Shown here in pieces: positions 32,983 through 54,761 of a DNA stretch of 64,000 bases. Position 1 is the stretch's first letter; each line of letters begins with the position of its first letter. This stretch comes from Blastocystis sp. Blastoise (Eukaryota > Protista > Bigyra: Opalinata), in contig JBBPEB010000015.1 of NCBI GenBank assembly GCA_039096225.1, forward strand, positions 2,170,001 through 2,234,000. Direction: 5' to 3'. Below the pieces are notes generated by a model. That model searched no databases and was not told where the DNA came from. It saw nothing but the letters and a program-made list of their open reading frames with translations. Position numbers and translations under genes: made by a program.

Positions 32983-33092
32983 AAGAGGATTGTTTAGTAC
33001 AATGGGAATACGGTTGTTCTTACATATTGTCCTATCTCTGGAAAAAACTGTTCAACAAACCCAGGTTCGATTCCTGGTTCGATCCTCTTTTT
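32983..33092 (+). ncRNA. tRNA-like Pol III-type RNA (possibly an intron-containing atypical tRNA or tRNA pseudogene)
   Basis: Box A TAGTACAATGG, D stem GTA/TAC, perfect T arm CCAGG-TTCGATT-CCTGG, terminal helix AAGAGGATTG/CGATCCTCTT, T5 terminator; anticodon arm carries about 27 extra nt and has no clean canonical register. Confidence 0.7.
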
Positions 33093-33355
33093 ATTTTCAG
33101 ATTTCTGTTTGTGTCGTGTTCATATTTTTTTAAATAAAACTAGAATAATTTTTTTTTAACGCTATTTATTCGATGATAAATGTTATGAGTCTGATACTTC
33201 TTAAAATTATTGTTATTATATAAGTATGTGAACAACGAAGCTACAAGAAATTGAACGAATTATCTCAGATTAATAAAGAAAGAAAAGAAAAAAATACAAA
33301 AATAAAAATATATTACTAGCCTGAGACTAGGATAATAAAAAAATAGTTTTGATAA

Positions 33356-40687
<7,332 letters not shown>

Positions 40688-41642
40688 TGTGATATTCTCA
40701 TCAATTTATTCTATTTACAAACAAATCATAGTTCTCATCTTTAACAAACCGCCATTTTTTTGAAATACCGCGACATTTTCTTTGTAGGGTTTTTCGACTC
40801 TTATCATGTTTATATTGATTATTCAGAGCTTAAATATATTACAGAAGAGTTGATGATGCTTGTTAAAAAGTTTCTTCATAGATATTAGCAAGTTGTATAT
40901 TTTTGGATTGTTTTCTATTGATCATGAAGACATGTTTTCGATCATGAGATAATTCAAATAAGTGGAAAAAACTTATTTGAATGAATAAGTTTATAAAGAT
41001 TATGCACATTAATAATTGTTTTTATTTAGTTAATGGTTAATTTCTTAAGATTATATTTTAAAACAGTAGGGTATTATATTCCAATAAAAACTATGAAAGA
41101 ATAAAAAGTTTTCTAAACAACAAAATGTCCTTTCAACGTCCTATACAATTCTATTTTCTACTTAGAATGATCCTTAGAATAATGGAAAGTATATTTAATG
41201 AAAAAAAATAACTTTCTATTTCATGATAATGAAATCACCATTCTTTATGATTGATTATTTTTACAGCAAACGAAAAATAGTTTTTTTGAAGACTATTAGA
41301 ATACAACAGAAGCAATGTGAATATAAATGAACTGTATTGATAGAAAAGACAATTCTTATTGAGAATCTAGTTCCAAGAAATGTCAACTGAGAATACACTT
41401 TTTCTCTGCAATTTTTTGAGAAGACCCGCGGTTGTAGGAAGATGATAAAAATAAAAAAAAACAAGATTACAGGAGAATTCTTTAATAAACATGTTCAGTG
41501 ATTTCATGATTACATATTAAGGATATATTTCATTTCTAAATGATGATACTTTTTTCATAAAAAACATAAATAGCTGAAGATTTTTAAAAAGTCTTTTGTC
41601 TTTCTTTGTTTGTGTTTATTATAAAAAAGTTAGTTATTTGAA

Positions 41643-44163
41643 ATGATGGACGTTAGATCTTCTAAATTTAGACATGTCTATTGTGACGCTCCCAGAGGTA
41701 TTTCTTAGAATTATGTCACATTTTCATCATGTTACTTTAGCTGAGGAACTCTATCTTGATATTCGTCTATCTTCTGCTATTGGTGATCAGAACTATATTA
41801 AATCAAATACAAAATATTTTGCTGTTTCTTTTGGACGAGGTGGCGGTCAAGTATTGATTCATCGTCATGATCAACCTGGAAGAATTGAACAAATGCCATT
41901 CACACTTTGTGGACATAGAGGTGATGTTATTGATTTTGATTTCAATCCTTTTGATGAAGAAATGATTCTTTCATCTTCTGTTGATTGTACATTGAAAGTA
42001 TGATGATATTTTTAGTTTCATTTTATTAATTGAGATTTTTTTAAATTTTGTGTTATTTCTATAGCTTTGGAAATTCCCTGAAGGTGGTTTAACTCAAAAT
42101 ATTGATACTCCTGTAATTACTTTAGAAGGTCATCAGAAAAAAGTTACTTTTTGTGAATTTAATCCTTTAGTGAATCTTGTTGCTGTTTCTGCTTCAGTGT
42201 ATATATTAATATCTTTATTTTATTATTATTATTATTCATTTGATATTATATATGATACAAATATAAATAGTTGATAATAATCTTCTTTATTTATTATATA
42301 TATATATATCTTTTAGAGATAAAGAAATTAAAGTTTGGAATTGTGAAACTGGAAGTACAATAACACATTTTTCTATAAATGAATTAGCTCAAGATTTACA
42401 TTGGGATTCTACTGGTTCTATGGTTATTGCTTCTTGTAAAGATAAACAATATCGTCTTTTTGATGTTCGTGGTAATAACGTTGTAAGTACATTCCACGCT
42501 CATGATGGTGCTAAATGTAGTAAGTTCACTTGGCTTGGAAATACAAATAATTTTGTTACTACTGGCTTTACTAGAACTAGTCAACGTGAAGTATATTATT
42601 CTTATTCTATATTATTCTTATATTCGTTTATTTTTATTATGGTTTATAAGTATTATGAATATTATTATAATATTATTATTATTTCATATGTTACTATTAT
42701 ATATAATATATATATATATAGTATAAAGTATGGGATTCTCGTAATCTTCAGTCTGCTGTCGACTCCTCTACTATTGATCAAGTATATAATACTCTATATA
42801 ATACTCTATATAATACTCTATATAATACTCTATATAATACTCTATATAATACTCTATATACTATATTGATTACTTATAGGCTAGCGGTGTTATTATGCCA
42901 TTTTACGATAGAGATGCTTCCCTCCTCTTTTTGGCGGGAAAAGGTGATGGTAACATTGGTATATATGAATATGAGAGCGGTAAATTATATCCTTCGGCTG
43001 TTCAACAATATTCTTCTATTGTTAGTACCAAGGTATATATAGTGTATTAAATACTATTTTATATAAGTAATTATATTTATATATATATATATGTATATAT
43101 ATAGGGCTGTTGTTTGATGCCAAAGAGAGGTGTTGATGTTATGAAGTGCGAAATTGACCGTTTGTATAAATTAACCAGTTCTGGTAACGTGGAACCTCTA
43201 CGTTTCATTGTATATATATATATATATACTTATTATATATATTTCTCTTTTTTTATACTTAATTATTCTTCTTTTTATTACTATCTGTATATATATATAT
43301 ATATACATCTCCCTATCTATATATATATATTAGATCCCTCGTCGTTGTGAAGGTTATCAGGATGATCTTTATGTCGATACATTCGCGGGAATTCCCTCTT
43401 TAAATTGTCAACAATGGCTTGAAGGCAAAAATGGTCTACCTGTTACTATTTCAATGAATCCTTATATTGAAAAAGTTCCAAATAATCCTAACGTCAATAT
43501 AAATAATAGTTCTGAACCAGTTATTGCGCCAGTAATAGAACCAATAGTAGAACCTATAGTAGAACCTATAGTAGAACCTATTCCTGAGCCTATTCCTGAG
43601 CCTGCATTATCCCCTATTATGGGTCCTTCTACAGATGCTATTCCTTCTCCTGTTATGTCTTCATTTGAAGAAACCAATTCTTTTACTTCTTCTGAACCTG
43701 TTTCTTATACTAATATAGAAGAAGTTCCTAATGTTTCTAACGAATCTGATATTATACCTATTCCTCAATCTCCTATGGAAATAGAAACACCAGAACCTGT
43801 AGAATCAACAGACAATAAAGAAGAATCAACTTATGAAGGAATGCCTAATGGTATTCAAATCATGCCTACTCCTTCTATTACTTCTGAACCTACTATTGGA
43901 AGTGAACCTACTATGGTTATTGAACCTACTGTAGTTGCTGACACTAATGTAATTACTGAACAAGAGAATAAAGCAAATAATATTCAAAATATTCTTAATG
44001 AAGTATATATATATATATATATATATATAGAATATCATTCTATTTTATTCTATACATTATTATTGTTTCTATAATATCCATATCATTAATATATTTATAG
44101 ATTGAATCCATGAAGAAGAGAATCGCTGAACTTGAAAATCAAGTCAAATCTTTAATGGAATAA
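41643..44163 (+). CDS. Coronin (WD40 propeller, Pro/Glu-rich linker, C-terminal coiled coil)
   Basis: VRSSKFRHVYC; GHRGDVIDFDFNPF; GHQKKV; AHDGAK; TTGFTRTSQRE; SGVIMPFYD..LLFLAGKGDGNI; MPKRGVDVMKCEI; PRR...YQDDLY; MKKRIAELENQV. Confidence 0.95.
42791..42860 (+). repeat. 12-bp intronic minisatellite (ACTCTATATAAT) x about 6
   Basis: Direct tandem repeat in a coronin intron. Confidence 0.85.
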
Positions 44164-44756
44164 CTAATTTAATTCTCTTTTTAATATGCATATATAAATA
44201 TATCTATTTTTATTTTGCATATTTAAAAAAATTTATAATTTTATATATTATTTTTTTATATTATATATATTATAGTTTTTAGTTTTTTTTTTAAATAAAT
44301 TTTTACAATTTGCAACATATATATATATATCTTTTTTGTCTTTTCAAAGTAATTTCGTTATCCTTTTTATACCCTAATTGCTTTAATCACTATTCTTTTT
44401 GTATTGTTTCATAATGAAAGATTTCTTATTGTTGTTGTTTTTATTGCTCAATACATAATGATTTCTATCTTTCATCAATATATATATATATAGAAAATAA
44501 TAATAACAATAATATGTAATAAACAAAACACGACTAAATATATATTGATAATTGTTGATTTGATAACATCATAAGGATATTAAAAACAATAATAAGTGTT
44601 CTGTTACGGTTCTTCGGGTATTAAAAAAATAGATATTAAAAATGAAGTATAATTCTATATTATATATGTATATATATGTATTTAATAAAATATGATTTAT
44701 TATGAATAGATAAGATATATAAAACATAATAAAAATTAAAAAAGAATTCAATATAT

Positions 44757-47700
44757 TTAAAGAAGACTTTTTTTCATAATATTGGTGTCTAATTTCTTTT
44801 GTTTTCGTTGTTTGGAAGCTTGTTCTCTTCTCTTGGTAAATATAACACAAAGGACTACAAGTCCTATAATAACTACTAAGAGAATAATACAGATCACAAT
44901 AGCTACAATAAGAGATGTCTGACTAGGTTTATCGATTGTTAAGGAGAATGTAGTAGAGATACTACCAAGACGATTGGCTATAGTAACAGTATATTCAGTA
45001 ATATCATTAGGAAGAAGAGGCATACCACTGATAGTACCATCTTTATAACTAAAGAAAAGACCAGCAGGAAGAGAAGGAGTAATTGTCATATTATATTCAG
45101 CAGCAACAATAGTAGGTGTAAAACTCATATAAGCCATAGCTTTATATATATAAGCATGTTCATAATAAATAGATACAGGAGTTCGTAATACACATTCATT
45201 AATTTCTTCTTGGAATTGAAGTTGTGAACATAAACGATAACGATATCCATTATAACCACCAGGACATTCTAAATAACTATATTCACCTTCTAATTGAGGT
45301 TCATAACCATCTATAGCTGTACAATAAGAACCAATAAATTTAGTATAAAATTGAATTTCACTAACTTCAAAGCCTTCTGTACAATACCCATTCATCAGAA
45401 TACGATAAGAATTATAAGCTTCAAGGTTATAAAAAGAGAAACGACGAACACTATCTAAACTAAGTATATCTCCAAAAGTAACATTCTTTGACCAATATAA
45501 TATTTTCCATTGAGTACCATTATCATTGGACCCTAATAACGTTAATTCAGAAGGAACACGATTAGCCATCGATCCACGTGCAAATGACCATGAATTTATA
45601 TATTCTTTTCGATTATTATTATATGTCCATTGTAACCATTGATCTTTACAAGTAGAAACACCAAAATATTTAGTACTCGTTTTACCATCAAATGCTTTAT
45701 CTTCTGTTTCTATATAATAATCATCTTTATATCCAGGATGACTTGTGGATACATATCCATCGACAATTCCTTCATGATTATCTGGATGTATCTTTAAAGA
45801 GAAACGGAAAGAAGTATCTATACCATGATCTTCAGCATTATGAATTTCTACAGCTATTATACTAGTTCCTGCTACTAATAATGAAGTTTGAGTACTACCT
45901 GATGTATAAGCAATAATAGGAGAAGAAGAAGTCATAGTAGCGTAAGTAGATTCAGTATATATAGAAGGCATATGATTAATATATATTATAGTACTATCTA
46001 TATATATAACTATACCTGCTTGATATCGTACTCTTAATTCCCAACTACTATAACGACCTAAATAAGGAATCTTGACAGAACTACGATAATACTGAGTAAT
46101 ACCTGATAAACCAATGAAATGATCCGATTTCGCTTCGGACCAATCACTATCGGAATAATAAGCATTCTTCCAAGAATCATCGAAATGTTGATTGACATTC
46201 GTATATTTCCATATATTGGTATCACTATATATTAAATAACCACTATTAAAACGAATTACTTTCGAACGTTCACCATAAATAACTGTTCCGGTAGCTATAA
46301 TATTATTTTCTTCTCCATAAATAGAATACATACCTGTATCCCATCCATCTCCTCTACTATCTAACATCACTAAATTATATATACCTGCATCTACACAATA
46401 AGTAATGGACCATCTTTCTAAATATGCAGGAAAATTAGGATAACTATCTTGTTTAATATTATTAGCATTACGTAATTCAAATCCATTCTGATAACTATTC
46501 TGACCCATTCCTTCAAAGTATATTTTAAATAAAGCTTTAGGAAGTGAACAAGTAGTAATAGTAATAATAAGTGTACATCTCGATAAACCTTGAGGTCCTA
46601 ATGCAGAGATAGTATATGACTGATCTAAAGTATCTTTAGGAATACCCGATATAACACCAGTACCTGTATCTATAGTAAGACCAAGAGGAAGAGAAGGAGT
46701 AATATCAAAATTATTCCATAATTCATGATTAGGAAATACAGATGAAAGATCAGTATTGATATATCCATATAAATGAAGAGAAGAATAAGATAAATCAGAT
46801 ATACTCATACGTGCATAATCATATATATAAAATTCTAATTCAGAAATAGAAACTTTATCATTAGTAGGAAACGAAGTTGCTGCTTGTAAGAATGATAAAC
46901 GATAGTAATTATATGGAACAGTTTGATTAAATAAATAATAACATTGTTTTTGAGAACGTGCTGTCCATTTAATATTAACTTCTCTATCTAATTCTTTAAA
47001 TGTTTGTTTATCTAGACTACCTTCAATAACCCATGAAATAGGATCATAATCCGGGTGATCAAAGCCATTCACTATACAATAAGCATTCATTGTCTCAGCA
47101 CGATTCTCTTGAAAAGATGAAGTTATATATTGAGGTGCAGGATAACTGGGATTTAAATAACCTATATATCGTGTATAATAGTTTTGTTCAAAGATATGAT
47201 AAGCAGCTGTTTCATCTCCTGAAACAGTATTACTGTGTTCTGCATTCATATTCCATGTACGAGAAATACTAACACTTTCTATTAATAATCGTAATTTACA
47301 TTCAAAATCTTCTATTATAGGTGTATATCCTTCTTTCTGTATAAGTGCTACAGCAAATAAATGTTGTCCTTCAGATAATGTCGATATACAACCTGTATAA
47401 TAAAACCATTCAGAAGGTTCTGATGATTCTTTTCCTTTTATAGGGACTGTATTAAGTGTAAATTCCCAACTATTTAAATTAGCTTTAAAGAATGGTTTTC
47501 CATCAACAAAAATAAGTGCACCAGCTCTAGCTTTGAACGAGAATTCATAGGAATGAATAAGTTTAGAAGGAGATGTACTATAATGTATACGATATAACCA
47601 TATACGAGAAGTAGTAGGAGTAGAAGGAGTAGTATAATTAGTAAACCCTTGAGGTTCTTGAGATGAAAAAAGCCAAGTGATATCAGGTACAGAAGTAGAA

Positions 47701-48585
47701 GGTGTATAAGAAGTAAGAGAAATAGGAGATAAGAAAAGAGTTGAGAAAGAAAAAGATTCTTTCTTTGTATATAGAAGAGATTTACGAGCAATAGTATAGG
47801 TAGAAGTAGTAGTAGAAGTAGTAGCAGTAGTAGCAGAAGGAATAGTAACATCTAAAGTCGATCCACGTGCCCAGCCAAAAGAATCTGTTGATTCTAATGT
47901 AATAGAATAAATACCACTAGGTATACAATACTTATAAGTTTGAGTATAGATCTCTACGTAATCACTATTCATACCAATTTGAGTATCAATTAATTCATTA
48001 TTATTATCAAATAAAGAAAAAGACTCTAAAGCACCTGTACCTAAATTACTATTCATTTTATGTATATCCAATCGAACATTAGGATAATCACATGCTATAT
48101 ATATATATATATATATATAGATGAGTATATAATATGTATAGTATATATAATATATATACAAGTAATAATAAAAGTAATAGAAGAAGAACCAGGTGTTTGG
48201 CGGGAAGAAGTAGCGGTAATTGTAATAAGCAAGGGAGTAGATGATATAGTCGTGGGAATTCCTTGAATAAGACCATTTTCAGGAGTAATAGTTAACCCTG
48301 AATATAGAAATAATAATATAATATATAAATATATTAAAATATAAATTAATATATATATATTTATATACCATCCGGAAGACTTGGAGAGACTGAGAAATTA
48401 GTGAATCCGTTTGAAAGTGGTCGAATATATACTTCAGACATATAGGTAATAAGATTATATTTAACTTCAGGATAGGTAAGAACTAGAGGGTCCACAATAG
48501 GCTGAAGACATACATTTAAGAAGATCTCTCCGATCTCTCCCGTGGGAGAACCATTTAAAGATACTATAGATAGAAGTAGAAATTG

Positions 48586-48650
<65 letters not shown>

Positions 48651-49308
48651 TATACATATTTCCAGTTTATAATATGTATAAGAGACGGTAGACGCATAGA
48701 GATTGAAGGTTAAAGGAGTGCCAAGAGCCTCGAAATGAAGGTCTAGGATCCAATAGAATAATAATAGGAATAGACACATATATACCTGTTTGGTAATCTA
48801 GAAGTATATAATTCACTTTATCATTTGACGCCATGAGCTTCCAGCTCTTGGGATCGTAAGAAGAACTTGTCTTACCTAGATATATATATAGGTATATATA
48901 TACATATAAAGAAATATTTAATATATATACCATTATAAACAGTATAGGAATTGATTAGTTCCAATCTATAGAATAAAATCAACAAATATAATATATATAT
49001 ATATATAAATTATATATATACCTTCTTTCAGGGTAATTATATTCAATTGTTGAAGGGGAAGTGAATTGCCAAGTAGTTTGAATATCTCCATCAAATGCAT
49101 TTACCGCGGGGAATTGAGATATCGTAGAAGAAGAAGAGACAGTACCATCCTGAGTACGTGTATTACATGCTATGTATAAATGAATATATAAATGAATATA
49201 TAAATGAATATATAAATGAATATATATATATATATATACGTCCATATATAGGTATAAAATAGAAATCGAAAGGATCACTAAGAGGAATAATAGACTGATG
49301 ACTATGAA

Positions 49309-49344
<36 letters not shown>

Positions 49345-50435
49345 TATATACTTCGACAGAAATAATAACTTGAGTCATCGTAAGCATCCATGATGGGAAG
49401 GAAGATGTCATTCTATATATATATATATATATACATAATAATATATATATATATATAATATAATAATATAATAATATATATAAAATCTAAAATAATAAAA
49501 TAAAATAAATATATATATACCTTCGTGTAACTACATAATCATCAAGAATAGATGCAGGAGTAATAAAAGATGGATTACTACTATATATATATATATATAT
49601 AATAAATAAACAAAAATATATATATATATATACACATTGATATTTTGTCTATAGATTTCTTGTCCATTAATATATACTATAATACCTTCTTTATTATACA
49701 TTCCTAATTCATATATAACAAATTCATCTAAGTTGCTGGGTAATATTCCTGTATATCTATAATAACGCGTCATCGTACTAACTGGAGGGAAATGTCCCGC
49801 GGTATAACTAATCCATTCAGTATCATCATAAGTAGAATCCTTCCAATTAATACCATCTAAATTCTTATTATAATATTTCCAACTACTACTCAATGCTACA
49901 GTATAATGAGCTATATATAATAATAATTATTATTATTATTATTATAAACCAAAAAAATATATTTATTTATATACGATAAAAAGTCCATTCTTCTCGAGTA
50001 TATCGATCTAAAGTACCTTTAAGAATAGTGACTCCACCGTTAGTAGTAAGAACAAAAAAGGATCCATCAACCCAACCGTCATTATTTCTAGAAATTGAAA
50101 TAGAGATTACAAGTTATAAATCGATATAATTATATATACCCATCAAGAGCTACAAATGTATGTTTCTTAGGAGCTAAACAAAGCTCATAAGTAGCTTCTT
50201 TATTATCAAAACCAACACCATCAAATTGATAAAGAGAGGATCCGGTTGCATCACCTTCATAGATCTCTATGACTTCCTCAGCAGCTAAAGTTTTATAGGT
50301 TCTCTTTATAAACAAACGTAAATTAGGAGAACGACACTCTAAAGCTTGTGTCACTATAAAGAAAAAGATTTGAATAATATAAATGATATATATACAAGTG
50401 ATAAAAAGCAAAAACGCCAATATTAACGTGTTCAT
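44757..50435 (-). CDS. Large type I membrane/surface protein with putative-Ig (He_PIG-like) repeats and discoidin/F5-8-like beta-sandwich modules
   Basis: Signal peptide MNTLILAFLLFIT; repeated (S/T)PSLP.GL.I....G.ISG.P; AFDG...T(K/T); YCTAIDGY...EGEYSYLECPGGYNGYRYRLC; TM SLIVAIVICIILLVVIIGLVVLCVIF then basic tail; terminal exon about 3.3 kb. Confidence 0.85.
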
Positions 50436-50966
50436 TTTTACAATTAGTTAAGTATCTAAAATATCATTTCACAAAAAATGGAGTTTGCTCAAGGAAAAAA
50501 AACCTTGGAATTGGAAATTCCATTCTTTCCCTAATAATCTATTCTAAACTAATTTATTGGCTAATTATTCTAGAAATCATTTCTTATTGGAGAATTTCTA
50601 CATTAAAAATGTAGAATTCTCAGTATTCCCACGATTTATTGTTTTCATTTCGATATATTTTCTTTATGACGACTCGAATTCATCATAAGCTATTTTATCA
50701 TTTGATTTTTGAGGAAGAGAAATTGACGCTATTCTCAATAATCTTGTTTCTTTTTCTAAAGTTAATTCACTATTTCCAATGATTATATACGAAAATTATA
50801 TGAAACTCATAACACGAAACCTTTTCTATGACTTCATAATATCATTCATGCGTTCTATCACATATTTTGTGATATTATAAAAGTACTTCTATACGACTGA
50901 ATCTAATTTCAGTCTTTTTCAGGAATTTAAAAGATTTTTCTCATTTTGTAATACGAGCAATTAAGA

Positions 50967-51528
50967 ATGAATGCGTTTGGTATGTTTATTTTTATAGATA
51001 TAATATGACTTTGCAGGTTTTCATGTTGATCCTGAGTGCTTAGCTGTTTTCAACGAGTTGAAGATTCGAAGAAAGCATCGTTATATTGTTTATGGTTTAA
51101 AAGAAAATACATTTTGTGTTGATCATATAGGTAGTCGAGAAGAAGAAGATAGTGATTTCGTAAAGTATTTGAATACAACAGAAGCTAAATATATTGTTAC
51201 AGATCATGATTATGTCATTACTGATCAATACAGTATGCAAGGACGTCCTCAATCAAAAATATTTTTTATCAGCTGGATTCCTACTGCTTGTCCTGTTGAT
51301 ATGAAAATGGCTTTTACTGCTTCGAAATTTGATTTTAAAAACACATTTAGGTATATATGAATACAAATGAATCATCTTTCAAAATTATAATTTGTTTCTT
51401 AACTACTATTTTTTATTTTCCTTAGTGGAGTTGTAGATGTCGATGTGTTTTCTTTACCTGAAATATATAGTTTATTAGGCGATGAAGAAAGTGACGATAG
51501 CGATAGTGATAGTGATTCTTCAGAATAA
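50967..51528 (+). CDS. ADF/cofilin-family protein with acidic C-terminal tail, 3 exons
   Basis: MNAF|GFHVDPECLAVFNELKIRRKHRYIVY...KIFFISWIPTACPVDMKMAFTASK...F|SGV. Confidence 0.88.
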
Positions 51529-51780
51529 TAATATTTGTATATATTGTTGTTTAAAAAGATAAATTATATATAATAAATACTTTAATTTTTTTGTCTCTTA
51601 TCTTTAAAAGTATTTTTGATATATATGAATTTCTTTTGGATTAGTATTTCAATAGTAGGTAGTTTTTTAACTATATTGTTGTGTATCAATAAATTTGGAA
51701 ACAAATTTATTTTTTGATGAAATTAAAATAATAAATACTATAACAAAACAATACATACTATTTCTTTAAAAAACAGGATA

Positions 51781-53806
51781 TCATACAAAAATGGATCCTT
51801 CTTTTCGAATTCTTTTTGTGATTTCAATTGCTAAATCTGTTCTTAAATTCAGTTCATATTCTGTTTCCACTGGATGTATATTTAAGAGTGTTGAGAGGGT
51901 ATTGAAGTCAGGAATAGAATCAAAACATATAATTGCTTCAGGTAATGAATAGAAAGGTCTAAAGAATAGAATATTGAAAAAGAATCAAATAATAATGATT
52001 ATATATATATATATTAAATGTAAAAGCTATGATAATATATAATAAGAAGAAGGATAAATACATATGTGCTTCAAAAAGTGATTTTAAAATAGTTTTATAG
52101 CAAAGAATGCAATCAATTTGTGATATATAGAGACGAGGATCAAGAGAACAAAGAAGGAATCGACGAGCTAAAAGTAAGCAATAATCCTGGGAATAAGGAA
52201 GATTAGAAGATGTATTATGAGGAGGAGAAGACGATTGAGTATATAATGATTTATCTTCATATATAGATTGAAAAGAAGATGAAGAAGTATAAATATTCGA
52301 TGATAACCATGACTGACTAAACAAAACAAGTATAATGTATTCTCTTAATGAATATGAAGAATGAAGAATAAATATCATATTTTATATGTTGTTGATAAAA
52401 AATATATATACTTATAAAACTGAAAGACATGAGCAATATATTTACAAAAGAATCCAAATTGAGTATATGGAAATGATTTTATTGCTTCTATATATACATA
52501 ATAATAATATTATTATTATAATTGAGTATATATTGTCCATAAATATACCAGGTTGAATAGTATATCGTTTTTCAATACTTGTTGTGAATTCAACGGATGT
52601 TTCTGACTGTATTAATGTGTTTATATTCTCTAATAACGAATAATGCTTTATTTTATCATCCTTAGGAAATCCTATATATGTTATTAGTGATATATAGAGG
52701 GACAAATATATATTAAAGATAAGTAAAGATATAGAAATATTGGGAATAAAATAGTCTAAGATGATGTGTGGTATGAAAAGAAAGGTAATAGAATACATTG
52801 TGTATTATAATACAATCAGTAATTATAATAAAACATTATTGGGAAACGAGTATAATAGGATTATAATAATAAATAGGATAATTATTAATAATAAATAATA
52901 TTAGAAAAATAAATATAATTACAATAATGAATATGATTATAATAATTAATGATTCGAATAATAAATAGGATTAAAAAAACATTTAAATAAAACAATTTAT
53001 ATGTAATATATATATATATATATACCAAAATAATGGAATGCCTGATTAATATCATTTTCTGATGGGGAATAGCTTGTTATATACAAAGGGGATATATAGA
53101 GAATAGGATGAATTGATATAAGTAGTTTATAGAGATGTAGTGAGTATTCTATGTGTTTTGTTGAATAACCTAAGAAACTCATAAAAATAGAAATACATAT
53201 ATATATAAATTTTTACCACTATTACAATTATATATACATATATATAAATACATGTTTGAAAAACAAAACGAAGGATTTCATTGGGTAAACAAATCTTTTT
53301 CGATGCAATAAGCAATACTTGCTTATTTATTATTTCTTTAAATAATTTTGAATCTATTCATTATTCTGTTATAAGGAAAATAAATAGAATATACCATTTC
53401 TTGATTGTTCCAAAAGTGTTAATAAAGAACCAAGTACACCATTTTCAATTTTTGAATGAATATCTATTTCAAATGACAAACTATAATCTTCTTCTGATCT
53501 CCATTCTGTCAATGTGAACTGTCCATCAAGCAATAATCCCGAATAATCCTCATCCTTTACCACTTCTTCAGTAGAGTTTACTCGCTTTGGAGAATCCTCA
53601 TTCAGATCCAAAAATGTGGAAAGATCACTAATATCATATTTAGGCTCCTCCTTCGGTTCCAATAATAGTGATAGGTCGATTCCATCATCTTTCTGAGGTT
53701 CATCTACAACAACTTTCGATTTACTAATGACTAGATGAATGAAAATAGTAGTTACATACAAAAGGTCGTCTAGATCTGAATCTGAATCTGAATCTAAGAT
53801 AGACAT
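51781..53806 (-). CDS. Hypothetical protein, multi-exon, acidic N-terminus
   Basis: Start MSILDSDSDSDLDDL; GT-AG-joined exons; ends ...EITKRIRKEGSIFV* (TGA). Confidence 0.7.
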
Positions 53807-53913
53807 ATTTAATAAATATACAAGATAATAAAAATATAAAAATAAATTATTATATTTTGTCTTTATATCTTTCTGAATTCGAAATTAAAGTTGATATATT
53901 GATATAAAAGTCC

Positions 53914-54386
53914 ATGGAAATTGAAAATAAATCAATATCAAGTTCTAAGGATACTATGAGTTGTTCGAAGTATACTAATTCATTTGAAATTTTGTTTTAA
54001 TACATGTATTATAGTATTTTTTTTATAGTTTTATGAAATATTCGGATGTTGCTCCTCTCAGTTATTGTGTTCAGTTGATAAATTCCATAAAAGCTCCTAC
54101 AAAATATGTTGCTTACAATGCTGATCTTATTAAACAATATAGTGCATTATATTCGTCAATAAAAATTTTACTTCTCTCTCATTTTTATTACAAATCATCT
54201 GATATGTTGGTCATAGAAGATCATGTCAAGTCATTGCAACAGATATTTGCATCCCAAAAAGATAATATTCAAGCTCATCCGTTGTTTTTTGAATTCATGA
54301 ACCTTATTGATTCTCTTTCTGAAGTGATTATTCGCGTTAAAAAGGCGAATGATAGTTCTTTTGTGTTAAACAACTCTATGGAATAA
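53914..54386 (+). CDS. Small hypothetical protein, 2 exons
   Basis: MEIENKSISSSKDTMSCS joined in frame across a GT-AG intron to ORF 54033-54386; head-to-head with the 53806 gene (107 bp). Confidence 0.65.
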
Positions 54387-54761
54387 TTCATATTATATAT
54401 TTGTATTGAATATATAATTGACTATCAATCAATTGCCATTTTTGCTAAATTCTTGTTTATTTGTGTACTCTGTTTTTATTTTGCATTCTTCATGTTATTT
54501 TGTTTTATATATTAAATTATGTCCATAAAATAAGTCAACAATAAAGAATGCTAATAAAAAACTCATTTGTTCTTCATAGAATTCTAAAGGATGAAAAAGA
54601 AGTTCTATGCATGAGAAAAATTATTCTTCTGTTTCAGTAGATCAGGTTTTGTGAAAATAATCTAAAAAAGAATCAAAAAATACTAAATAAACAAGAAAGC
54701 GAAAAAAAGGTCAGTTTGTCGATTTTCATAGTGTCTTTAGAAGCGTTTTTTTATTACTAAT

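Noticed and set aside
50590-50621. Inverted repeat GAGAATTTCTACAT/ATGTAGAATTCTC in the divergent promoter between the Ig protein and cofilin
   Set aside because: A single AT-rich hairpin with no TSD or further structure; it could be chance or a promoter palindrome, so it was not called.
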